This document shows, piece after piece, positions 29,740 through 39,532 of a stretch of 64,000 nucleotides of DNA. Source of the stretch: an uncultured Candidatus Rokubacteria bacterium (GTDB lineage Bacteria > Methylomirabilota > Methylomirabilia > Rokubacteriales > DASRDR01); contig CAWGVS010000012.1 of NCBI GenBank assembly GCA_963826115.1, forward strand, positions 48,202 to 112,201, written 5' to 3'. The notes beneath the pieces are model-generated. The model saw only the letters and a program-made list of their open reading frames with translations. It searched no databases and was not told the DNA's origin. Position 1 is the stretch's first letter, and each line of letters opens with the position of its first letter. Position numbers and translations under genes: made by a program.

Positions 29740-30513
29740 CTACGGGAGCCAGTCGCGGAGCGGCCGGACGCGGATGCCCGCCTTGTCGAGGGCCGCGCGG
29801 ACCGCGCGGACGATGCGCTCGGCGCCCGGCGTGTCGCCGTGGCAGCAGATCGTCTGCACGGAGAGGTCGATATCGACGCCGTCGATCGTCCGCACCTTGC
29901 CCTCGGCCGCCATCCGGACGGCCTGCGCGGCAGCCTTCTCGGGGTCGGTGATGAGCGCGCCCGCCTTCCGCCGCGAGACCAGCGTCCCGTCCACCTCGTA
30001 GGCGCGGTCGGCGAATCCCTCGGAGGCGACCCGGATGCCCATCTTCCGGCAGTGCGCGTCGTACTTGCCCGAGGCGAGCGTCATGAGGATGAGGCCGCCG
30101 CCGGAGTCCCGGGCGGCCTGCCCGATCGCCTCGGCGATCCCTTCCTGCTGCTCGGCCATCGTGTAGAGGATGCCGTGGGGCTTCACGTGCTGGAGGTCGG
30201 TCCCCGCGGCCCGCGCGAACTCGCGGACGGCACCCGTCTGGTAGCAGACGTAGTCGCGCAGCTCCGCGGGGGTCACGTCCATGACCCGGCGCCCGAAGCC
30301 CATCAGGTCCGGCAGCGACGGGTGCGCCCCGAGCGCGACGCCGTGCTGGAGCGCGAGCGCCACGGTCTTCCGGATGACGTGCGGGTCCCCGCCGTGGAAG
30401 CCGCACGCGATGTTGGCCGACGTGATGTGCGGCATGATGGCCTCGTCGGCCCCGAGGGTCCAGCGCCCGTACGACTCGCCCATGTCGCAGTTGAGGTCGA
30501 TCGTGTGAGCCAT
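29740..30513 (-). CDS. pxpA: 5-oxoprolinase subunit A (LamB/YcsF family)
   Basis: IDLNCDMGESYG, ANIACGFHGGDP, and KPHG.LY. Confidence 0.9.
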   Translation of the reverse strand: MAHTIDLNCDMGESYGRWTLGADEAIMPHITSANIACGFHGGDPHVIRKTVALALQHGVALGAHPSLPDLMGFGRRVMDVTPAELRDYVCYQTGAVREFARAAGTDLQHVKPHGILYTMAEQQEGIAEAIGQAARDSGGGLILMTLASGKYDAHCRKMGIRVASEGFADRAYEVDGTLVSRRKAGALITDPEKAAAQAVRMAAEGKVRTIDGVDIDLSVQTICCHGDTPGAERIVRAVRAALDKAGIRVRPLRDWLP

Positions 30514-30567
30514 CGCTCCACTCCTTTCGGCGCCGCGGATCGGCGCCGCGCCGCCGCCGTCAGTCCC

Positions 30568-31506
30568 TCATCCCTCGATCGCGCGCGCGAGCCAGGCTGC
30601 CTCCGCCGCCCGCGCGGCGTGGGCCTCGGCGAGAGCCACCCGCCGGAACCGGATCCGGTGGCCCGGCCGGGTCTGGCCGATCGCCCCGATGTCCACGCCG
30701 ATGACGGTGGCGATCTTGGTGTAGCCGCCGGTCGTCTGGCGGTCGACGAGGAGCACGATCGGCTGCCGCTCGCCGGGCACCTGGATCCCGCCGAGCGGGA
30801 TGCCGTCCGAGACGATGTCGTGGCCGCGCACGTGCGGAATCTCCGGTCCACTCAGACGATACCCCATCCGGTCCGCCTGGGGCGTGACGTCGTAGAGCCC
30901 CTCGAGGAAGGCACGGATGCCCTCGGCCGTGAAGCGGTCGTCCTGCGGACCGAGGATGACGCGGCACTCTCGCTCGGCGGGGTACGGCGGGCGGCGGGTC
31001 TCCGGAACCGTCCGGCCCTCACGCACCGCGCCGGCCGCCGCGCCGACGGGCAGCGCGTCCCCCTTCTGGAGCGCGCGGCCGCCGATCCCGCCGAGACGGC
31101 CGCGGAGATACGTCGCGCGAGACCCAAGCGCCGGCGGGACGTCGATGCCGCCGGCGACGGCCAGGTAGGCGCGGCATCCCGCGCTCGCCATCTGGAAGCC
31201 GCAGACGTCGCCGGGACGGACCGGCACCGCGGTCCAGGGCGGCGCCGCCTGGCCGTTCACGGTGAAGCCCATCGGCGCGCCGGTCACCGCGACCGTGGCC
31301 GCCTGTCGCACCTCGAGCCGGGGACCCTTGATGGTGCACTCGAGCGCCGCGGCGCCGTCCGGGTTGCCCACGAGGCGGTTTGCGACCAAGAACGCGACCC
31401 GATCCATCGGCCCCGACGGCGGCACGCCGACGCGCTGGTGGCCAAAGCGTCCGAGGTCCTGCACCGTCGTGAGGAGCCCGGGGTCGGCGACGAACAGCGC
31501 GCTCAC
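30568..31506 (-). CDS. pxpC: 5-oxoprolinase subunit C (KipA / allophanate hydrolase subunit 2 family)
   Basis: GTG 31506 gives VSALFVADPGLLTTVQDLGRFGHQRVGVPPSGPMD, the typical KipA N-terminus. Length is 312 aa. Confidence 0.85.
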   Translation of the reverse strand: MSALFVADPGLLTTVQDLGRFGHQRVGVPPSGPMDRVAFLVANRLVGNPDGAAALECTIKGPRLEVRQAATVAVTGAPMGFTVNGQAAPPWTAVPVRPGDVCGFQMASAGCRAYLAVAGGIDVPPALGSRATYLRGRLGGIGGRALQKGDALPVGAAAGAVREGRTVPETRRPPYPAERECRVILGPQDDRFTAEGIRAFLEGLYDVTPQADRMGYRLSGPEIPHVRGHDIVSDGIPLGGIQVPGERQPIVLLVDRQTTGGYTKIATVIGVDIGAIGQTRPGHRIRFRRVALAEAHAARAAEAAWLARAIEG

Positions 31507-31513
31507 CGGCGCC

Positions 31514-32248
31514 TCACGCCTCCGCCTCGATGCGCGGGCGGTAGGTCCCGGCCGCCACCTCGGCGGCGATCCGGTCGAACTCGGCGCCATCGATGGGGCG
31601 GAAGCGGACGTGGTCCCCCGCGCGGAGGAGGATCGGCTCGGTCGCGGCCGGATCGTAGAGGCGGAGCGGCGTCCGCCCGAGAAGCCAGAAGCCGCCCGGG
31701 CTCTCGACGGAATAGATGGAGGTCTGCGTTCCGCCGATGGCGACGCTCCCGGCGGGCGTCTTCGTGCGGGGCCGGTCGAGCCGCGGGATCGTCAGCCGCG
31801 CCGGCTGCCCCGCCATGTACGGCAGGCCCGGGGTGAAGCCGACGAAGTAGACGTAGTGCTCCGCGCCCGCGTGGAGGCGCACGACCTCCTCCGGAGTGAG
31901 CTCGAGGCGCCGCGCGACCTCCTCGAGGTCGGGACCGTGGGCGCCCCCGTACGCGCACGGGAGCTCGACCCGACGGCCCGGCGGGGGCGTCGCGTTCGCG
32001 AGGCGCGCCGACAGGTCGAGGAGCGAGGCCTCGAGCGTCGCCCACGGCAAGACCAGCGGGTCGTAGTAGACGAGCAGCGACCGGAACGTCGGCACCGTGT
32101 CGACCAGGCCAGGCAGCCGGGCGTCAAGGAGGAGCCGCTCGAGCGTCAGCGCACGCGCGTTGGCCTCCCGCGAGATGTCGTCGGCGAGCTCCACCGACAC
32201 GGCCGCGTCCCCGGCGGACAGCAGACGCGGCGCGGCGTAGAGACCCAT
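31514..32248 (-). CDS. pxpB: 5-oxoprolinase subunit B (KipI / allophanate hydrolase subunit 1 family)
   Basis: ATG 32248 (MGLYAAPRLLSAGD). VELPCAYGG..GPDLEEVA and FVGFTPGLPYM. Length is 244 aa. Confidence 0.85.
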   Translation of the reverse strand: MGLYAAPRLLSAGDAAVSVELADDISREANARALTLERLLLDARLPGLVDTVPTFRSLLVYYDPLVLPWATLEASLLDLSARLANATPPPGRRVELPCAYGGAHGPDLEEVARRLELTPEEVVRLHAGAEHYVYFVGFTPGLPYMAGQPARLTIPRLDRPRTKTPAGSVAIGGTQTSIYSVESPGGFWLLGRTPLRLYDPAATEPILLRAGDHVRFRPIDGAEFDRIAAEVAAGTYRPRIEAEA

Positions 32249-32274
32249 CGGCCGAGGGGGCGGCGGGGTGGCGG

Positions 32275-33060
32275 CTAGAGCGCCGCGAGCGCGTGGTCGG
32301 GGAGATCCGAGATGAACATGTGCCCCGGCGCGTGCGTGATGACGAGGGGCGGCTTGGCCTCGAGCGCCACCGCCTGGGGGGTCACACCGCAGGCCCAGAA
32401 CACCGGCTCCTCGCCGGCCAGGAGCGTGGGCGGCTCGCCCCAGTCGGGCTTCATGACGTCGGCGATCCCGATGCGTGCCGGATCGCCCACGTGGACCGGC
32501 GCGCCGTGCGCCATCGGATACCGCGCCGTGACCGTGACCGCGCGCGGCACGAGGGGCGACGGGATCGGGCGCATCGAGACCACCATCGGTCCCCGGAAGA
32601 TCCCGGCCGGCCGGCAGGCAAGGCTCGTCCGGAACATGGGCACGATCCGGTGCTCCTCGATGTGCCGCACCGGCACGCCGGACTGGAGGAGGGCCGACTC
32701 GAACGTGAAGGAGCAGCCGAGGAGGAAGGCGACGAAGTCGTCGCGCCACTCGCTCGTGATGTCGGTCACCTCGGCGGCGAGGCGCCCGTCACGGTAGATC
32801 CGGTACTTCGGGATGTCGGTCCGGAGGTCCGCACCGGCCGCGACACCCGCCGGCTCCGGATTCCCGGGGTCCGTCACCTCGATGAGGGGACACGGCCGGG
32901 GATTCCGCTGGCAGAAGACGAGGAAGTCGTAGGCCTGCGCCCGGGGCAGGATCACGAGGTTCGCCTGGACGTAGCCGGGCGCGAGTCCGGCGGTGCCGCC
33001 CGTGTAGCGTCCCTGACGGATGGCCTGCCGAATCTCCTTCGGAGTCTTCCCGAGCTCCAT
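32275..33060 (-). CDS. DUF1445 putative hydro-lyase (YcsI / D-glutamate cyclase-like)
   Basis: ATG 33060 (MELGKTPKEIRQAIRQGRYTGGTAGLAPGYVQANLVILP). Sits next to pxpABC, the same neighbourhood as Bacillus ycsI. Confidence 0.85.
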   Translation of the reverse strand: MELGKTPKEIRQAIRQGRYTGGTAGLAPGYVQANLVILPRAQAYDFLVFCQRNPRPCPLIEVTDPGNPEPAGVAAGADLRTDIPKYRIYRDGRLAAEVTDITSEWRDDFVAFLLGCSFTFESALLQSGVPVRHIEEHRIVPMFRTSLACRPAGIFRGPMVVSMRPIPSPLVPRAVTVTARYPMAHGAPVHVGDPARIGIADVMKPDWGEPPTLLAGEEPVFWACGVTPQAVALEAKPPLVITHAPGHMFISDLPDHALAAL

Positions 33061-33197
33061 CGCGTGGCCTCCTCCGCGCCCTGCGGCGGTCGATGTGCCG
33101 GCCATTATGGCGCACCCCTCCCGGGCCGGCAACGGCGCCCGGGAACGCCGACGGCACGCGGCGTTGGCGAACGCGACACTCCAGAATGCCGGTCTCC

Positions 33198-33227
33198 TTG
33201 ACAGGCCCCGCGGACGGGGGGTACGGT
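33198..33227 (+). promoter_or_regulatory. Sigma-70-type promoter candidate TTGACA-N18-TACGGT, leaderless geometry
   Basis: TTGACA 33198-33203 and TACGGT 33222-33227. ATG 33234 lies 6 nt after the -10 box, with no SD. Confidence 0.4.
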
Positions 33228-33233
33228 CAAGAC

Positions 33234-33590
33234 ATGCGAGGGCTGTGGCTCGCGGTGGCCGTGGTGGTGACCACCCTGGGGGTGGCCGGGTCCCTGTACG
33301 CGGGGAGCGATCCCACGACGACCCAGGGGACCCTGCCCGCGCCGGCGACGGGCACCCAGCCCGAAGCGCCGCTGGTCCTCTCGATCCGCGCGCTGTCGGT
33401 GGGCAAGCCGACCTTCACCGACACCGGTGATCTCGAGCGCGTCCGCGCCTCGACCGGCGCCGGGACGAGCACGTGGCCGCCCGCCTCGACCCAGGTCGGC
33501 CGCGGGGTCTACATCAGCGTGATGCCAGGCTGCATTCCGGGAGTGGACGAGCCCTACCTGCCCGGGCGGGGCACGGGCCGTCGCCGCTAG
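33234..33590 (+). CDS. Hypothetical signal-anchored or secreted protein (118 aa)
   Basis: Inner part of ORF 33093..33590. N-terminal hydrophobic LWLAVAVVVTTLGVAG. GC3 is very high throughout the frame. I recognise no family. Confidence 0.6.
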   Translation: MRGLWLAVAVVVTTLGVAGSLYAGSDPTTTQGTLPAPATGTQPEAPLVLSIRALSVGKPTFTDTGDLERVRASTGAGTSTWPPASTQVGRGVYISVMPGCIPGVDEPYLPGRGTGRRR

Positions 33591-33630
33591 CGCCCCGGGC
33601 GCCCCGTACCGTCCTCCCTCCGCTCGCCCC

Positions 33631-34149
33631 GTGTCCTCCCCGTCGCTTCACCTTCGCATCGCGACGCCGCGCGACGCCGCGGCGATCTGCGGCATCTACA
33701 ACCAGGGAATCCAGGACCGCGTGGCCACGCTCGAGACTGAGGAGCGGACGCCCGAGGAGCGCGCCCAGTGGCTCGAGGCGCACGGTCCCCGCCATCCCGT
33801 GCTCGTCGCCGAGAGCGACGGGCACGTCGTCGGCTGGGCGAGCCTCAACGTCTTCAACGCGCGCCGCGCATACGACCACGTGGCGGATCTCTCGCTCTAC
33901 GTCGATCGGGACTGGCGCGGGCACGGCGTGGGGCGCCAACTCCTCGAGGCGCTGGTGGCCCGGGCCCGGGAGCTCGGGTATCACAAGCTCGTCCTCGCGG
34001 CCTTCCCGTGGAACGCGGCGGGCATGCGCGCGTACGGTCGCGCGGGATTCCGCGAGGTCGGGACCTACCGCGAGCAGGGACGCCTGGACGGGCGCTGGGT
34101 CGACACGATCGTCATGGAGAAGATTCTCGAGGGGCCGAACGCGCACTGA
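33631..34149 (+). CDS. GNAT N-acetyltransferase, phosphinothricin / methionine-sulfoximine acetyltransferase (PAT)-like
   Basis: IRIATPRDAAAICGIYNQGI..RVATLETE..., the RGHGVGRQLL acetyl-CoA site, and FREVGTYREQGRLDGRWVDTIVME. Confidence 0.85.
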   Translation: MSSPSLHLRIATPRDAAAICGIYNQGIQDRVATLETEERTPEERAQWLEAHGPRHPVLVAESDGHVVGWASLNVFNARRAYDHVADLSLYVDRDWRGHGVGRQLLEALVARARELGYHKLVLAAFPWNAAGMRAYGRAGFREVGTYREQGRLDGRWVDTIVMEKILEGPNAH

Positions 34150-34157
34150 CGCGACGC

Positions 34158-34184
34158 GGCCCGGCGGCGGAAGGCCGCCGGGCC
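34158..34184. terminator. Strong hairpin between convergent genes (11-bp stem), candidate bidirectional terminator
   Basis: GGCCCGGCGGC-GGAAG-GCCGCCGGGCC in the 54-nt gap between the GNAT stop and the LarA-like gene stop. Confidence 0.5.
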
Positions 34185-34203
34185 CTCGAGCCCCGCGCGC
34201 GGA

Positions 34204-35475
34204 TCAGAACGCGGAGAGGTAGCCGGTCGCGTCGAACGTGAGCGCCGCCGGGTCGCCGACCTGCGTCAGGTCGTCCCGCTTCGCAACCTCCGCGAGCAGG
34301 TTCTCCGAGACGTCCACCTCGGTGATCTGGAGCGTGTTCTTGATCCGGACGACCCGCGCGTCCTCCACGCGATCGAGCCCGAGGCACGAGAGCGCGACCG
34401 CGATCGCCTCCCGGGCCGAGTCGAGCGTCGCGGGCATCTTGCAGCCCGCGGGCGAGCACGCGGTGAGCCCGTTCACGTACGTCGCCTCCCAGTCGATCTT
34501 GTCGGCCAGGCGGCGGGTGATGAAGTCGGCGCTCCCGAGCCCGATGGCGTTGCCGTAGGTGTTGGCCGTGAGGTCCGAGACCACGATGAACGTCACCTTC
34601 GGGCTCGTGTACGGCGGCTCGAAGAAGGTGCCGTGGCGCCCGATGATGTTCGAGTCCATCCCCGACCCCGAGATGTTCTTGCCCATCTCGTCGACGATCA
34701 GGAGATCGATCTGCTCGAAGGGCAGCCGCGCCATCCAGCTCTTGGCCCGGCGCAGGAGCTCGCGCTCGCCCGCCTCCACGTCCGGCGGCAGGAAGGCCTG
34801 GACCACCGCGGTCTCGTCGTAGCCGTTCTCGACGACGCCGAGCCCGAACGCGATCCGGGCCTTCCGGAGCACCTCGCGCCCGAACGCCACCACCATCGGC
34901 TCGTAGCGGTGACGGACGGCGGCCCGGTGCGCCTGGACGGCGCCCCGGTGCTTCCCGACGCCGATCGTCATCATCTTGAAGAGGCCGGACTCGATCTCGC
35001 CGACGAAGTCGGTGTGCGGCTTCACGCGGTTGATGATGCCGATCCAGTCGGCCTCCGACGCGTACCGGTCGAGCCACACCGGCAGGCCGAGCGCCTCGCC
35101 CAGCTGGACCACGTCCATCGTGGCCCGCACCGGGCACCCCATCGTGGCCTCGGTGATGCCGTAATGCTCGAGCACCGAGCGCTGCCCCTCGGCGGTGCCG
35201 CCGCCGTGGCTGCCCATCGCGGGGAAGATGAACGGCTTCGCGCCGAGGGCCTTCACGTGCTCCACGGCCGCCTTCGCGATCACGTCGATGTTGACGATGC
35301 CGCGGCTGCCGACGGCCAAGGCCACGCTCTGCCCGGGTCTGATCGGCAGCGCGAGGCGTCCGAGCGTCTGGCGGACCGCGGCCGGGATGTCCTGGAGCAT
35401 GGGCCCAGCGAACTGCTGCTTGACCCGGGCCAAGTGGGGGAACGTGGACGCCCGCGGGATGCCGGTCAACTTCAT
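34204..35475 (-). CDS. Lactate racemase N-terminal domain (DUF2088)-containing protein, LarA-like
   Basis: 423 aa. The FPAMGSHGGGTAEGQ and KPHTDF..EIESGL segments recall DUF2088 proteins, but the assignment is from memory only. AGGAGG SD upstream. Confidence 0.55.
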   Translation of the reverse strand: MKLTGIPRASTFPHLARVKQQFAGPMLQDIPAAVRQTLGRLALPIRPGQSVALAVGSRGIVNIDVIAKAAVEHVKALGAKPFIFPAMGSHGGGTAEGQRSVLEHYGITEATMGCPVRATMDVVQLGEALGLPVWLDRYASEADWIGIINRVKPHTDFVGEIESGLFKMMTIGVGKHRGAVQAHRAAVRHRYEPMVVAFGREVLRKARIAFGLGVVENGYDETAVVQAFLPPDVEAGERELLRRAKSWMARLPFEQIDLLIVDEMGKNISGSGMDSNIIGRHGTFFEPPYTSPKVTFIVVSDLTANTYGNAIGLGSADFITRRLADKIDWEATYVNGLTACSPAGCKMPATLDSAREAIAVALSCLGLDRVEDARVVRIKNTLQITEVDVSENLLAEVAKRDDLTQVGDPAALTFDATGYLSAF

Positions 35476-35506
35476 CGTGGTCCTCCTGGGACGAGGGGCT
35501 TCTTCA

Positions 35507-35717
35507 CTAGGATTTCCCGAGCTCGTGGGTGACGATCGTGTCCCCGACCTTGGTCTTGCCCTGCCACTGCCAGATCCACTCGGTGGCCGACTCCCGGAAG
35601 ATCATCCTGCCCTCCGACGTCGGGGTCTCGTCGAGGGCCTCCCGTCGACGATCTTGATCGGTCCGATCTGCGGGACCCCGGACATGCCGGGGGCGGCGAT
35701 GGGCGTCCGTCGCGTCA
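35507..35717 (-). other. Two overlapping mini-ORFs (38 aa and 32 aa, sharing ATGA), or one roughly 70-aa gene interrupted by a -1 frameshift
   Basis: MTRRTPIAAPGMSGVPQIGPIKIVDGRPSTRPRRRRAG* (35717..35601) and MIFRESATEWIWQWQGKTKVGDTIVTHELGKS* (35605..35507). The second has almost 100% GC3. Confidence 0.3.
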
Positions 35718-35937
35718 TCCCGACCGTCCTCTGGCCGCCCCCCGGCCCACCATCGCTCGGCCTCCGGCGGGCTCGCCCCGGCGCGCGCCGGCCGAGCCTG
35801 CCTCCCGATCCGCCCGAACGTCACGGCCGATCAGGGCCCGGGATTGCACGCCCGGGAACGCCTCCGGCCACCGTCCTCCGCCGATATACCCTACCCGCCG
35901 AACCCTCGCAAGGCCCGCAAATGCGGGAGCTTGGGCC

Positions 35938-35967
35938 TTGACTTGATCCAACGAGGGCCCCTAGGAT
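35938..35967 (+). promoter_or_regulatory. Sigma-70-type promoter candidate TTGACT-N18-TAGGAT upstream of bamD
   Basis: TTGACT 35938-35943 and TAGGAT 35962-35967, then a GGGAGG SD before GTG 35993. Confidence 0.4.
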
Positions 35968-35992
35968 AGCGTACTCACCGCACGGGAGGCGC

Positions 35993-36784
35993 GTGCTCAT
36001 CCCCAGGCGATCGAACGATTCGAGGCGGCGGCCGCTCCGGCGAGGACCACTGGTCCTCGGGAGCGCCGTGCTTTTGCTCTCGAGCTGTAGCTTCCTCGGT
36101 GGCCGGCCGAACACGGTCGCGCCCGCCGCCAAGCTCTACGAGGACGGCGAGCGCCTTCTCTATCAGGAGAAGTACCCGGCTTCCCGGGAGCAGTTCTCCT
36201 GGCTGGTCGAGCGGCATCCCGAGTCGGATCTCGCGCCCGTGGCGCGCTTCCTCATCGGCGAGACCTACTTCCGGAGCAAGGACTACGAGAAGGCGGCGCC
36301 GGAGTTCGAGGCGTTCGTCACGCTCTACCCGAGCAACCAGATCGCGGACCTCGGCCAGTACCGGCTCGCGCGCTCCTACTTCGACCAGATGCCGACGGTC
36401 GAGCGGGACCAGAAACTCACCGCGCAAGCGCTCACCGAGTTCCAGAAACTGATCCGGCTCTACCCTGAGAGCCGCTACGCCCCCGACGCGATCGTCAAGA
36501 TCGAGGCCTGCCGGCTCCGGCTGGCCCAGAAGGAGCTCTGGATCGCGTCGTTCTACATGCGCCAGGGAAAGTATGAGTCGGCGCTGCCGCGGTTCGACGC
36601 GGTGCTCAAGGACTACGGCCGCACGCAGGCGGCGCCCGAGGCCCTGTACCAGAAGGCGGACGCCCTGACCCGTCTCGGCCGCAACGACGAGGCCGCGACC
36701 GCGCTGAAGCGCCTGGTGGACGAGTTCCCCGCGAGCGAGTGGTCGCGGCGGGTGCGCGAGCGGCAAGCCGCCCGCGGCGCCTAG
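35993..36784 (+). CDS. bamD: Outer membrane protein assembly factor BamD (YfiO-type TPR lipoprotein)
   Basis: Lipobox LLLSSC, then AKLYEDGERLLYQEKY, FLIGETYFRSKDY and QYRLARSYF. The TPR pattern and length are typical of BamD. Confidence 0.85.
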   Translation: MLIPRRSNDSRRRPLRRGPLVLGSAVLLLSSCSFLGGRPNTVAPAAKLYEDGERLLYQEKYPASREQFSWLVERHPESDLAPVARFLIGETYFRSKDYEKAAPEFEAFVTLYPSNQIADLGQYRLARSYFDQMPTVERDQKLTAQALTEFQKLIRLYPESRYAPDAIVKIEACRLRLAQKELWIASFYMRQGKYESALPRFDAVLKDYGRTQAAPEALYQKADALTRLGRNDEAATALKRLVDEFPASEWSRRVRERQAARGA

Positions 36785-36845
36785 GCCGCGCGTGCGCGAC
36801 GCCCCGACCCGACACGTCACGGCAGGCTGCTGACAAGGAGCTCTC

Positions 36846-37820
36846 ATGGCCGAGCGGTTGCTCGAGATCAAGGGCCTGAAGACGCACTTCTTCACCGAAG
36901 AGGGCGTCGTCCGCGCGGTGGACGGGATCGACCTGCACATCGACAAGGGCGAGACGCTCGGCATCGTGGGCGAGTCCGGCTGCGGGAAGACGGTCACCGC
37001 CCTGTCGGTGATGAAGCTCATCGCCATGCCACCCGGGAAGATCGTCGAGGGCCAGATGCTCTACGGTGGCCGCGACCTGGTCACGCTGCCCCCGGCCCAG
37101 ATGCGAAAGGTCCGCGGCAAAGAGATCTCGATGGTGTTCCAGGAGCCGATGACCTCGTTGAACCCCGTGTTCACGATCGGCGAGCAGATCGCCGAGGCGG
37201 TCCGGCTCCACGAGGGGCTGGGGCGGCGCGCGGCCATGGACAAGACCGTCGACATGCTCAGGCTCGTGCACATCCCGAACCCCGAGCGGCGGATCAAGGA
37301 GTATCCGCACCAGCTGTCGGGCGGCATGCGCCAGCGCGTCATGATCGCGATGGCGCTCTCGTGCAACCCGAAGCTCCTGATCGCCGACGAGCCGACCACG
37401 GCCCTCGACGTCACCATCCAGGCCCAGATCCTCGAGCTCCTCAACGAGCTCAAGGCCAAGCTCGGCATGGCCGTCATGCTGATCACCCACGACATGGGCG
37501 TGATCGCGGAAACGGCCCAGCGGGTGATGGTCATGTACGCCGGGAAGGTGGTGGAGGAGGCGGCGGTCAAGGACCTCTTCAAGGAGCCGCTCCATCCGTA
37601 CACCCAGGGGCTGCTCCGATCGATCCCGCGCATCGACACCGCCGCGATCCAGAAGAAGCGGCTGGAGGCGATTCCCGGGGTCGTCCCGAGCCTCCTCCAT
37701 CTCCCGCCGGGGTGCCGGTTCGCTCCGCGGTGCCAGTTCGTGAAGCCGATGTACACGGAGAAGGAGCCCGTGCTCAAGGAAGTCAAACCGGGCCACAAGG
37801 TGGCGTGCTGGCTGTACTAG
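36846..37820 (+). CDS. Oligopeptide/dipeptide ABC transporter ATP-binding protein (DppD/OppD-like)
   Basis: [27 protein letters not shown], and the C-terminal oligo_HPY region (HPYTQGLL). Confidence 0.9.
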   Translation: MAERLLEIKGLKTHFFTEEGVVRAVDGIDLHIDKGETLGIVGESGCGKTVTALSVMKLIAMPPGKIVEGQMLYGGRDLVTLPPAQMRKVRGKEISMVFQEPMTSLNPVFTIGEQIAEAVRLHEGLGRRAAMDKTVDMLRLVHIPNPERRIKEYPHQLSGGMRQRVMIAMALSCNPKLLIADEPTTALDVTIQAQILELLNELKAKLGMAVMLITHDMGVIAETAQRVMVMYAGKVVEEAAVKDLFKEPLHPYTQGLLRSIPRIDTAAIQKKRLEAIPGVVPSLLHLPPGCRFAPRCQFVKPMYTEKEPVLKEVKPGHKVACWLY

Positions 37821-37835
37821 CGGGGGAGACGACGA

Positions 37836-38813
37836 ATGGCCGAGCCGCTGCTCAGCGTCCGGAACCTGGTCAAGTACTTCCCGATCAAGGGCGGCCTCTT
37901 CTCGCGGGAGGTCGCGCGCGTCCACGCGGTCGACGGGGTCTCGTTCGACATCAACGCCGGCGAGACTCTCGGGCTGGTGGGTGAGTCCGGCTGCGGGAAG
38001 TCGACCACCGGCCGGTGCATCCTCCGTCTGATCGAGCCGACCTCGGGCGAGGTCTGGTTCGAGGGGAAGAACGTCACCACGATGGACAAGCGGTCGCTCC
38101 GGGCGCTCCGGCGCGACCTCCAGATCATCTTCCAGGACCCCTACGCGTCGCTGAACCCCCGGATGACCGTCGGGTCCATCGTGGGCGAGGCGCTCATCAT
38201 CCACAAGCTCGCCAAGACGCGGCGGGAGCGCGAGGAGAAGGTCGCGCACCTCCTGGAGACGGTCGGGCTCCACGCCGACCACATGCGCCGGTATCCCCAC
38301 GAGTTCTCGGGCGGCCAGCGGCAGCGGATCGGGATCGCCCGGGCGCTCGCGGTCAGCCCGAAGCTCATCGTCTGCGACGAGCCGGTCTCGGCGCTGGACG
38401 TCTCGATCCAGGCGCAGGTCATCAACCTCCTCGAGGATCTTCAGAAGCAGTTCAACCTGACGTATCTCTTCATCGCCCACGACCTCTCCGTGGTGGAGCA
38501 CATCAGCACCCGGGTCGCGGTGATGTACCTCGGGAAGATCGTCGAGGTCGCGTCGGCGAAGGACCTCTACTCGAACCCGCGCCACCCGTACACGGAGGCG
38601 CTGCTCTCGGCCGTGCCGATCCCCGACCCCGAGGTCAAGCGCCAGCGGATCCTGCTCGAGGGTGACGTCCCGAGCCCGATCCGGCCGCCGGCCGGCTGTC
38701 ACTTCCACACGCGCTGCCGGATCCGCCAGGTGCCGGGCCTCTGTCAGGACCAGGAGCCTCGGCTCAAGCAGGGCGCTTCGGGTCACCAGGTGTCCTGCCA
38801 CTTCCGGGACTAG
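37836..38813 (+). CDS. Oligopeptide/dipeptide ABC transporter ATP-binding protein (DppF/OppF-like)
   Basis: [28 protein letters not shown], and HPYTEALL. Confidence 0.9.
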   Translation: MAEPLLSVRNLVKYFPIKGGLFSREVARVHAVDGVSFDINAGETLGLVGESGCGKSTTGRCILRLIEPTSGEVWFEGKNVTTMDKRSLRALRRDLQIIFQDPYASLNPRMTVGSIVGEALIIHKLAKTRREREEKVAHLLETVGLHADHMRRYPHEFSGGQRQRIGIARALAVSPKLIVCDEPVSALDVSIQAQVINLLEDLQKQFNLTYLFIAHDLSVVEHISTRVAVMYLGKIVEVASAKDLYSNPRHPYTEALLSAVPIPDPEVKRQRILLEGDVPSPIRPPAGCHFHTRCRIRQVPGLCQDQEPRLKQGASGHQVSCHFRD

Positions 38814-39532
38814 CCCCGGCCCCCTCCGCCCGGCGCCGCGTCCCGGCCGAGGGCCGGCGCCGCGGTTTCCGGCCCGCCACGACGCCGGACGCGGGGCACG
38901 AGCGCCCCGGTCCGCGCAACGTAGTCCGCGTAGCCTGACAGCCCCGTCAGGAGCACCCGCTCTTCCTGGACGATCCGCCGCCGGTACGCGAGGCCAAGGA
39001 CCAGCGTCCCGAGGGCGGCGGCGACCCAGGCGCGCAGGAGGAGCGCGCTCCCCGCGAAAGCGAGGAGCGCGCCGACGTAGCTCGGGTGGCGGATCACGCG
39101 ATACGGCCCCTCCTCGACCACGCGCTGCGCGGGCGCGACGCCGACCTCGAGCGTGAACCAGCGGCCGAGCGTGACGATGGCCCAGGTGCGAAGCGCGAGG
39201 CCGGCGACCATGGCCAGGAGCCCCGTCGCCCCGACCGCGTCGAGGGGGAGCGCCGCGGGCCGGCGCAGGACGAGCTCGACCAGGGCCGCGGCCTGGGTCG
39301 CGTAGACGGCGAGCAGGATGGGAAGGAACGTCCCGCCGTCCACGGACGCCCGCGCGGTGGCGTGGAGCCGGTAGGACGGCTGGAGCACGTTCGCCAGGAC
39401 GCCGAAGGCGACGACGGCCCAGAGCGCGGGCCGCCCGAGCGCCTCCGGCCACCACCACAGGATGGGACCCCCGACGGCGCCCCACAAGAGGAAGGCCTGT
39501 CCGACCCGCCACGCGATCGCCTTCGCCGTCAT
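38810..39532 (-). CDS. Isoprenylcysteine carboxyl methyltransferase (ICMT/PEMT) family membrane methyltransferase
   Basis: ATG 39532 forms an ATGA overlap with the GH3 stop. Multi-TM, with [16 protein letters not shown] (the RHPxY motif). Confidence 0.8.
   Translation of the reverse strand: MTAKAIAWRVGQAFLLWGAVGGPILWWWPEALGRPALWAVVAFGVLANVLQPSYRLHATARASVDGGTFLPILLAVYATQAAALVELVLRRPAALPLDAVGATGLLAMVAGLALRTWAIVTLGRWFTLEVGVAPAQRVVEEGPYRVIRHPSYVGALLAFAGSALLLRAWVAAALGTLVLGLAYRRRIVQEERVLLTGLSGYADYVARTGALVPRVRRRGGPETAAPALGRDAAPGGGGRG

Noticed and set aside
33086-33100. Sigma-54-like sequence CGGCAC-ATCGA-CCGC upstream of the DUF1445 gene
   Set aside because: It lacks the T of TGGCAC and has CCGC instead of TTGC at -12. 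This much resemblance is expected by chance in GC-rich DNA, and no EBP gene lies nearby.
36606-39512. 968-aa ORF on the minus strand spanning several genes
   Set aside because: It runs antisense through the dppD/dppF-like genes. Only its last part coincides, in a different frame, with the ICMT region. No recognisable domains.
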